Origin: a virus | Direction: 5' to 3' (one strand) | DNA: 64,000 bases | IMG/VR virus record: IMGVR_UViG_3300046001_006061 | Location: 2,928-66,927 of that record | Shown: piece after piece, positions 49,928 to 58,100 of the stretch | Numbering within the stretch: the stretch's first letter is position 1 | Layout: the number at the start of each line of letters is the position of its first letter | Notes under the pieces: model-generated | The model's input: the letters and a program-made list of their open reading frames with translations, nothing else | What the model was told of the DNA's origin: nothing | Databases searched by the model: none | Translations under genes and position numbers: made by a program

Positions 49928-50233
49928 TTATTTGTCCTTTATGAAAAATCCGTTCTCCATTTTCCCCGTTCTTTTGGCTATTACGTTATAAGCACTTTCT
50001 AGGCAGTTTTCTAGTTTTAAACCTTGTAATTCTGCTTGAATAATAATAGTAACTAAAATATCTCCTAAAGCATCAATGATTTCTTCTTTATCATTATTGT
50101 AAATAGCTTCAATTAATTCTTCAAGTTCTTCCGAAGTTTTGTTTGCTTGTGCTATTGGAGTTGCTTTGTCTAAAATTCCTTTGTCTGCTGCCCATTGTAT
50201 TACTAATGGTTCTAATTCTTTGTATGTTTTCAT
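49928..50233 (-). CDS. MazG-like NTP pyrophosphohydrolase
   Basis: WA.DKGI...Q..K..EE..EL...IIDALGDILVT...CL..AY..I..R.G. Confidence 0.9.
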   Translation of the reverse strand: MKTYKELEPLVIQWAADKGILDKATPIAQANKTSEELEELIEAIYNNDKEEIIDALGDILVTIIIQAELQGLKLENCLESAYNVIAKRTGKMENGFFIKDK

Positions 50234-50330
50234 TTTCTTTTGTTTTTATGTTCTCTACGCTCTGAAAAATATTCTATTTCTCTTTTCCAAAGTATTTTTT
50301 GGATGCTTGCTAAATTACTCATATATTTCC

Positions 50331-50585
50331 CTAGTTATGTTTACTTAAAAAATAATCATCCACGATAAAATCTTCTGTAAGCACCATTTTATTAGGCATC
50401 TTAAAGTGTTTCTTTATTGCTGTTAAATAACAAGGCTGTGTTAATAATCTACTGTCTTGTTTGATGTTTTTTATCATGCTTACAGCTTTTATCCCAAACT
50501 CTTTTGCTAGTTCAGCTAGTTTCTCTTGGTTGTCATCGTGCAACAAGATTGCTTTCGTTTCTTCGGTTAATTTTGATTGTTTCAT
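50331..50585 (-). CDS. hypothetical HTH-like protein
   Basis: LAELAKEFGIK. Confidence 0.45.
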   Translation of the reverse strand: MKQSKLTEETKAILLHDDNQEKLAELAKEFGIKAVSMIKNIKQDSRLLTQPCYLTAIKKHFKMPNKMVLTEDFIVDDYFLSKHN

Positions 50586-50752
50586 TTTATTTATTTCTTT
50601 TTGGTCAAGCAAAAATAATATTACCAACCGTAATTGCTAGTAGTATCACTAAAATATATTTAAATATATTTTATTTATCTGAATACCAATGCGTTTTTCT
50701 TTTGTGAGAATAATTTATTATGAAATACAAAGTAAGAATTTAACTTTGAACC

Positions 50753-51436
50753 ATGCAAAACGATGAAAAATATGTGGCTTATAAAAGAGTTTCTACCAAA
50801 GAACAAGGTCAAAGCGGTCTTGGTTTAGAAGCGCAAGAGAAGGCTGTGAAGCAAATAACTGATAGTGGTATTGTGATTAAGTCTTTTACCGAAATAGAAT
50901 CAGGCAAAAAGAACAATAGACCTATGCTTTTGGAAGCAATAAATATGTGTAAGCTACATAACGCTACTTTAGTTGTGGCTAAACTTGATAGGCTTTCGAG
51001 AAATGTTTACTTTATTAGTTCGCTAATGGAAAGCAAAGTTAAGTTTATATGTGCGGATTTTAAAGAGGTTGATAATTTCACTTTGCATATATTTGCTTCT
51101 CTCGCAGAACGTGAGCGCAAAATGATTTCCGAGAGAACCGTTAATGGCTTGAACTCTATAAAAAACAGACTTAAAAAAGACAAGGTTTACGTTACCAAAA
51201 AAGGGAATACAATTACTTCTCTTGGAAACCCTCTTATGCAATGTAAAGAATACGCTAAAAAACAAATGAGTATCGTTGCTTCTAATAGGGTTTACAATAA
51301 ACGCAATCCTGTTGGAGTAGAACTAATCAAAGCCTATGCTAAAAATGGAATGGCTGCAAAAGATATTAAGGTGAAGCTGAACGAAAACAGCATTAATTAT
51401 ACGCTTAAAACTATTTACCAACACATAAAAGCATGA
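50753..51436 (+). CDS. small serine recombinase (resolvase/invertase family)
   Basis: VAYKRVSTKEQ, E.ESG...RP.L..A, LVVAKLDRLSR, AE.ER..I.ERT. Confidence 0.92.
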   Translation: MQNDEKYVAYKRVSTKEQGQSGLGLEAQEKAVKQITDSGIVIKSFTEIESGKKNNRPMLLEAINMCKLHNATLVVAKLDRLSRNVYFISSLMESKVKFICADFKEVDNFTLHIFASLAERERKMISERTVNGLNSIKNRLKKDKVYVTKKGNTITSLGNPLMQCKEYAKKQMSIVASNRVYNKRNPVGVELIKAYAKNGMAAKDIKVKLNENSINYTLKTIYQHIKA

Positions 51437-51730
51437 TAATAAACATAGCACTTGGCATAATAGCCTACGAGATACTTAGAAATTTAATAATTAAAACATG
51501 GTACAGAATACAGAACAAAGGATAATAATGGAATACTTAAACCCGAAAGACAAAGCAGAAAAATTAGTTTAGACTTATTTGCCAATGCTAGAAGGTTGGA
51601 CAGACGATAAGAAATCACTCATAGCTAAGAAATGTGCTTTAAGCGCAGTAGCTTTTGCTAGAGAAAACCCGCTTAATTCAGATGGCTATAATAATTATCT
51701 TGACCAAATACGAAACGAAATAGAGGTACT

Positions 51731-52234
51731 TTAAACTAATTCGTGAATATAATTGTAATTCTCAATATTCGCAGTTCTTGTTATAAAGTTCAGTCTTAAA
51801 TTGTAAAACTCAACCATTTTGTCTTGAATTTCCCAAGCTAAATCAGCGCAGTAGGCTTTTGGATTTATTCTTACATTCCCCGCCATTTGGTCAAATACTA
51901 ATGGACTTTCGGAAAATAAATTAATCTTCGCTTCTACTAAATCGTTTGAAATAAAATAATCAAATATTCTGCTAATTGCTGTATAGGTAAGCGAAAACTC
52001 ACTAATTCCTTCGTGATAATGTACTTGGCTTCTATCTTGTTTAATAATTTCATTCTTTGATTTTATTGTGTAAGCCCAAGCAAAAAACTCTTCATTTTTT
52101 CTTTGGTAGTATCTGAATGAAATAAAACAATTGTAGTCTGCATCTTCTAAAGGGCAAAACGAGAATAGATTGAAGATTATATTTAGCTTCTTCTTCCTTT
52201 TAGGTCGTTGTGGTTTTACGAATAATTTCGACAT
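51731..52234 (-). CDS. RNase HI-fold protein with degenerate active site
   Basis: INLFSESPLVFDQMAG and FITRTAN resemble the D-S.LV..Q..G and W..R..N motifs. Confidence 0.5.
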   Translation of the reverse strand: MSKLFVKPQRPKRKKKLNIIFNLFSFCPLEDADYNCFISFRYYQRKNEEFFAWAYTIKSKNEIIKQDRSQVHYHEGISEFSLTYTAISRIFDYFISNDLVEAKINLFSESPLVFDQMAGNVRINPKAYCADLAWEIQDKMVEFYNLRLNFITRTANIENYNYIHELV

Positions 52235-52270
52235 AGTGTATTTTTTATTTGCATTGTTTAAAATAAATAT

Positions 52271-52388
52271 TATATTTGCTGTGTTGTTAAGGGTAGGACT
52301 AAAACACAAGATATTACATTACAAGGTTTGAGCAATTAAACCGAAAGCCTCAAAGTCCTACCCTTTAAGGCTTTTTTTACGCCTACTT
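52271..52388 (+). ncRNA. putative structured RNA leader/sRNA, copy B
   Basis: TATATTTG promoter; AAGGGTAGGACT complementary to terminator-loop AGTCCTACCCTT; T7 tail. Confidence 0.55.
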
Positions 52389-52640
52389 CAAAAACGCTTC
52401 CATTGGTCTGTGGCGAGGTTATATACCATTCGCTAATTACGATTACCAAATTATTTCTTTTAAATTTAAAGCATGGATGTAACATTTTCCTTTTAAAGCC
52501 AAAACCGATTCCTATTGAGTTCATTATACGATAGACATTTTGAGTAAGAGTGTTACTTCTTTAGGGGTAGGGGTAACATTTTTACTTACCTACCTCAAAC
52601 CTTTAAATTATTACCGATATACTTGGATTATAAATGTTTT

Positions 52641-52673
52641 AAAAAAGCCCTAAATAGTTAAATCTAGGGCTTT
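52641..52673 (-). terminator. terminator
   Basis: AAAAAAGCCCTA...TAGGGCTTT. Confidence 0.7.
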
Positions 52674-52684
52674 CTGTGTGAGTG

Positions 52685-53842
52685 TTATAAAGAAAACTCT
52701 ATATTTTTGAGTTTAGTTTTAGCGTTAAAAACATCAATGAACATTATTTTTTCAGTTTCATTGTAAGCGTTTGCTTCAACTTTTATCTTGTCTTTAAGGT
52801 TATCGAAAGTCGCCTTTCCTTTATGTTTTTCTAAGCGTTCAATACATTTGTCAACTGCTTGAGTAATTTCCTCTACAATATCTGTATTGGTTTCAATTAC
52901 AGCTTCTTCTTCAACGTGTCCACTTTCTTGTGCGCCTAATTCAATGTCTATTTTATCGGACACTTCTTCGCTTGTAAGTTTCCCCTGTGTTGCTGCTAAA
53001 AGATAATCGAACACCTTAGTATTGGTTTTAAAGAAGTAAATTACTTCTGTTTCGTCTTTACCAATTATTTGTTCTCCAAAATAGTAGTTACCGTTTTTAA
53101 AAGTGATAATTGGATTACTGCCTTTTTTAAGTTCTGTAATTGCTTTCCTAAACACAATTAGATATTGGCTTTCGTTTTTCTTTGAAACAAAGTCAACAAA
53201 TCTTTTTGGTGAATGATTGATAAATTCTTTGGCTTTATTGTAGTTCACCATTGGTTCGTTTAGCTGTGGTTTAATGGCTAAGTTTAGTCCGAAACAAATA
53301 TCTACAAGTTCTGTAAAGTCTTTTGATTCTATGCAAGTATCGTAGATTTCGTCTAATAATAAAATTGCTTTTGTTTGCTCACGATTGGTATTAAACGCTT
53401 TTTCTTCAATTGCTGTTTCATCAACCAATACAAAGTTAATTCCTCTTGTAAGTCCTACGCTAAAGTTTATGTTTAACTGCTCTTTTGTTACTGAATGATA
53501 CTCTGCAACTAATGGGTGTAATTTAACAAACTTAACTAAGTTCTGCATTTTTACAGCTTGGTTTCTTTCCATTTCATTATCCATTTTGGCAATGTCGTGG
53601 GCTTCGGGAACGTGAATTAAACCCCAAGAGAATTTATCCACTTTGTCTAGTAAAGGGATTTGCAAAAATGTTGAAAGTTTAAAGTTCCAAATTTCGCCTA
53701 CTTTTCGAGTATGTTCTACTCCTTTTTTAATTTCTCCTGTTGTAAGGATAGTGTAATACTGTCCATCTTTTCTTTGGCAACTTCCATCTAAAATTGCACC
53801 TTTACGGTTTCTCTGTGTGTAATACAGTCGGTATGTTCTCAT
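52685..53842 (-). CDS. hypothetical protein, probable virion/assembly protein (likely start MRTYRLY)
   Basis: About 385 aa; TATATTTG promoter at 53873-53880. Confidence 0.6.
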   Translation of the reverse strand: MRTYRLYYTQRNRKGAILDGSCQRKDGQYYTILTTGEIKKGVEHTRKVGEIWNFKLSTFLQIPLLDKVDKFSWGLIHVPEAHDIAKMDNEMERNQAVKMQNLVKFVKLHPLVAEYHSVTKEQLNINFSVGLTRGINFVLVDETAIEEKAFNTNREQTKAILLLDEIYDTCIESKDFTELVDICFGLNLAIKPQLNEPMVNYNKAKEFINHSPKRFVDFVSKKNESQYLIVFRKAITELKKGSNPIITFKNGNYYFGEQIIGKDETEVIYFFKTNTKVFDYLLAATQGKLTSEEVSDKIDIELGAQESGHVEEEAVIETNTDIVEEITQAVDKCIERLEKHKGKATFDNLKDKIKVEANAYNETEKIMFIDVFNAKTKLKNIEFSL

Positions 53843-53957
53843 TGTTTTTTTATGTCGTTTTTCTTGACGTTTCAAATATATAAATAAAAAATGCTATATG
53901 CAATTTTTTTCAAAAACTTCACATAGCTTCTGTTAGCTGCCACCTTTAGGACAGAGT

Positions 53958-54563
53958 ATGAGAGACAATAAAGGACAATTAGAATTATTAGGTTTCTTAA
54001 AAGACAACTACCATAACGGAGATGTTAATATTGCGCCTATTCTGAAAAAAATAAGCGAATTACATAATTTTGACTACAACGACATAAAAACGTATTGTCT
54101 AAATCCATTAAGAGATAAGGGTTATATGAAAGACTGTAATTATAGCGACTTGGGTGGTTTAAATAAAAGTATTCGGGCTACTTATGACAATACAAGAATA
54201 CTTACTTGTTTGACGGAAAAGGGATATAATTATTTATTTAATTTAGACAATCATGAATTATCTAAACAGCTATCACTATCCACGTTAGAAACGAACAAGG
54301 CTATAAAGACTGCAAGTATAATTCAATGGGTTGCTGCGGTTTCCACTGTTTTAATTATTTCCGCTAATTGTATAATTGATTTTTTAAATTACGACTTTAA
54401 CAAAGCAACACATCATACATCATATATGCAACAGCAGAAAGACTCGACAGACAAAGAAGCTCAAAAAAGACTACTCGACACACTGCATATTTATCGCCAT
54501 CAAATTGACAGTCTTGTGTTATTGGGTAAGACAAAAAAGCAAGTATTTTCCAAACCAAAATAG
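53958..54563 (+). CDS. cassette ORF, winged-helix-like N-terminus plus TM helix
   Basis: L..KGY...LTEKGY; hydrophobic IIQWVAAVSTVLIISANCII. Confidence 0.6.
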   Translation: MRDNKGQLELLGFLKDNYHNGDVNIAPILKKISELHNFDYNDIKTYCLNPLRDKGYMKDCNYSDLGGLNKSIRATYDNTRILTCLTEKGYNYLFNLDNHELSKQLSLSTLETNKAIKTASIIQWVAAVSTVLIISANCIIDFLNYDFNKATHHTSYMQQQKDSTDKEAQKRLLDTLHIYRHQIDSLVLLGKTKKQVFSKPK

Positions 54564-54624
54564 TGTGTGCCGACAACGTAAAACGACACTCATTAACTAA
54601 ACTCACACTTAAACAAAAAACAAT

Positions 54625-54831
54625 ATGACAACAAAATTTAAAATTGGCGACACTGTTAAACTAAAATCAGGCAGCCCAGTAATGACAATTACCAATACAA
54701 AGGTTTGGAAAAGAGTTGAAAAGAAACTTGATTGGGACGAAACTTATGCTGAATGCACTTGGTTTGACATCGACAACAAATCACATACAAAAGAGTTTCC
54801 AAAAGACGCTTTAGAAAAAATTAACGACTAA
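54625..54831 (+). CDS. cassette ORF, YodC/DUF2158-family protein
   Basis: FKIGDTVKLKSGSPVMTI...CTWFD...F...AL. Confidence 0.85.
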   Translation: MTTKFKIGDTVKLKSGSPVMTITNTKVWKRVEKKLDWDETYAECTWFDIDNKSHTKEFPKDALEKIND

Positions 54832-54964
54832 GGTAATATACCCTAATTCCTAAGAAATAAACGTGCAATTCTTTTTTGTCTGAATCTCTAATCACTCTAA
54901 CAATGCTTGACAAAGTACCGTATTTAAATTTTGACATTATGTTTTTATACATAAGGCGAGCAGC

Positions 54965-55082
54965 TAACAGCACCCTTGCGAAAATTTGCTACCTCTCGGA
55001 ACTACTGCTCCTATTGGCTTTTTTCTGCGTTGACAACTTCGTGTTCCAATACCGCAAACTATCGCAAGGCTGCGAAACGTTA
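54965..55082 (+). repeat. attC-like site 13
   Basis: TAAC A GCACCCTTGCGAAAATTTGC...GCAAACTATCGCAAGGCTGC GAAAC GTTA; reverse-complement architecture of array sites. Confidence 0.8.
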
Positions 55083-55136
55083 TTGCAAATGTAATATAAA
55101 ATACCATACAAACAAGTAAAAAGAATGATATTTTCG

Positions 55137-58100
55137 TTATTTTGACAATTTAATAATTTCGTCTTTTTCTGTGTCGTCTTTAATAATTCCCGCTTCTTTC
55201 CATTGTTTTAAAGTGGTAGTTTTGTTTACTATTGAGCGAAGCATTTTAGCCAAAAATATTTGTTTATCGTATTTATCTTTAGGCAATTTATCTCGCAATG
55301 CTTTAGTTTCTTCGCTAACATTATTAGCAATATCATCGGCTGCTCTTTTGATTTCAGTTTCTTTACCTTCGTCTTTTTTCAACCAATCAAATTTATCTTC
55401 TAAATACTTATCTTCATTTTTGCTGCCTTTAAATATTTTTCTAAACGCTGCTTTTTTAGTTTCGTTATGTCTTTCGCTTAAATCTTTCGCAACTTGCTCT
55501 TGGCTTATTTTTGTAATAGGACTGTTCTTTTCGTGGTTATAGTAGTCAACCAATAATCCGTTAAATATTCTTGCTGCTTCTGCTGAAACATCATAGGTTT
55601 CTTCATCGGTCATTGGGCGTGAAGTTCCGTCACCATTATCTACTAAATAAAATTTATCACTATCTTTTTTGATGTCGCTAATTCCTAAGTTATTATTTGC
55701 AGCTTTTAAAACCCAAACGTCAATTGGGTCTTTATTTACCTTACTTCCAAATAAATTCATTGCGCCACTAGCACTACTTGTATAAAGTTCTCCCGTATCA
55801 TAAGTCCTTCCTCTATAATCTAGGTTCGGTTTATTTAATAACCAACCACCAACTCCCGCTTGTTTAATTATATTTTCTTTTAAACCAATTGCTTTTTTAG
55901 CTTCGGGTTCTGCTACTTGTCCCGCTTGGCGAACAAAACTTGTAAAAGGTAATATAATTCTAGTAGTTAGTTCGGCTGCTTTTTTCTCAAAATAAGTAGC
56001 TAATTTACCCGTTTGGGCTGTGCTTGAAGCTGCGGTTGCAATATCAGAAAGCCCTTTTGTGAATGATGAACTTATAATCTGTGATAATACCATACCCATA
56101 TATTGAGTATTCGTAATTTCTTTATCAGCGTATCTTTTTAAATCCTTTGCAATTGACCTAATTTTCATTTCAGTTGCTAATGTTCCAAAGAAATCGAATG
56201 AAATATCACGCCCACCTATTCTTATAGTGTTTTGAGGGCGAACAGTTTCTATAACTTTATTTCTGTTAAAGTTCTTGTCGCCTTGTCCATAAATTGCTTT
56301 TTCATCGTCTGCACCATCATCGTCTGCTAGTGATTGCAAAAGTGCCATTAACACCATTCCGACTGCTACTCTATAAATAACTTCACCGCTTTTCGCTGAA
56401 AGTTCTCTTGCTTTTGCGGTGTCTTTTTTGTTATTAGCATTTAAAGCTAGTCCTAGATAGGTTGCTGATTTTATTCCACCGTAAATCGGATTAAACTCTA
56501 ATCCTTTTTCAAGAATATTTGCTACACCATTTATAAAAGGCATTGTACTTGTAAATAATAGTTCCCCACTTACCTCAATACCATTAGCTATTTTGTTGGC
56601 TTGTTTTGAGTATGGTGTTCCTTTGGCATTTTTTCTAATCCTTGCTGCCATTAAAGGAAATACATCTTTTACATATTTAATTAAGTTGGCTACTAAAGGA
56701 AACACACCAGCATCAGATTGTTTATAAGTATATCTCGAAGCAAATTCAGTAGCAATATTTAAAACCGCTATATCTCTTTGTTGTTGAGTAATCTCATTTA
56801 TTCTTCTGTTTAATTTCAGTTTTCCGCTTTTTGAAGTATATTCAATATTTGATTTAGTAAACTCTTGTATAGCTTGTTCTCTTGCTGCTTGCATAGTAGA
56901 ATCTTGCGCTAATTTATAAACTAATTTATTGAACGCTCTTTTATTGTTCTCTATGTCTAATCCTTTTTCTTGAAATATTTTAGATGCTTCGGCTGTTGCT
57001 TCTGTAATATCTAGGTTATACATAATCTCATAAGCCACTTTCGCAGCTTCTTTAGAACTCATGTTAGGGTTGTTTCTCATAACTACTCTCTTTGTGAAAG
57101 TGTATGATTTCATTTCTTGCAAAATAGTATGGTTCACACTATCAGTTGCACCTAAAACTCTTTGAACGTATTTTTCGTTTTTCTTTAAAGCGTTTATTGG
57201 GTTTAGGTTAAATGTTACGCCTTTTATAGTTACATGTAAGTCGGGTGTCCAATAGTTGTGATATTTTTGAAACTCTAAAAACCTTACGCTTGGTGTTCCT
57301 TCTTTCTGCCCCGTTTGTTCAGCAAAAGCACTTCCATTATCAACACTTCCGTTTACCAAACTTTCTAAGGCTAATGTTCCACCAATTCTATTTGCTTGCT
57401 TGATTACCTTTAAAATATTTAATTCAACATTACCTTTTAATAAATCCATGTTCATATTGGAATCTATTAATTGGTGTCCAATCATAAATCCCGTATCAAA
57501 AAAGCCCGTTAAGTTTTTGCCCGTTGTAATGAAACCCGAAAGTAATCTTGCTCTCCAACGCTCAAACATTTCTTTCATGGCGAAAGTACCGCCTATATGT
57601 TCAAAGTATGCTTGTAGTTCTTCTTCTAAACCCGCACTAACAAAACCTATTCCCGCATTGTCAATACGTTGTAACAAGTCTTCAATAATCTTTTGGTCGT
57701 TATCTGTAAAGGCTATAATACCTAAATCACGAGCCATTTTTTCTAAAATCTTATCGTTTGTTAAACCACCCGCATTATAAAGTTCAATTAGTGAACGTAT
57801 TTTATCTTTCCTTGCTTTGTTTGAAAACTGTGTAGCTGCTTTGTATCTATCATTTGCTTTTACTACTGCGTTTATTTTGGCTTCTTTTTTAGCTTGAACA
57901 AGTTCGTTAAATCTTGTTTCTAAAGCAGCTAGTAAGTCGTCAATTTCGCTAGGGTCTAAACCCAACTCATTACTTATCGCTTCTTTAACTTTTTCAATTG
58001 CTTCTTTAGGAGTGTTTTTGCTCAATGCAATTTTTCCTAAATCAGCTACTATATTTCCTTTACTATCTTGTGTTGCGTAACCCAATTTTACTAAGGCTTC

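Larger units (their letters stand above)
53932..55082 (+). mobile_element. isolated gene cassette with downstream attC-like site
   Basis: GTTAGCTGCCACCTT...AAGGCGAGCAGCTAAC ends followed by hairpin 54965-55082. Confidence 0.75.

Noticed and set aside
50753-51436. Serine recombinase as the cassette integrase
   Set aside because: Sites are conserved in structure but not sequence, which fits ssDNA-hairpin tyrosine integrases; serine resolvases need sequence-conserved dsDNA sites. Not formally excluded.
54876-55094. 72-aa ORF across attC-like site 13 (also 46347-46556, 52336-52524 and 12862-13113)
   Set aside because: Run through structured non-coding elements, mostly with non-ATG starts and without protein-like features.
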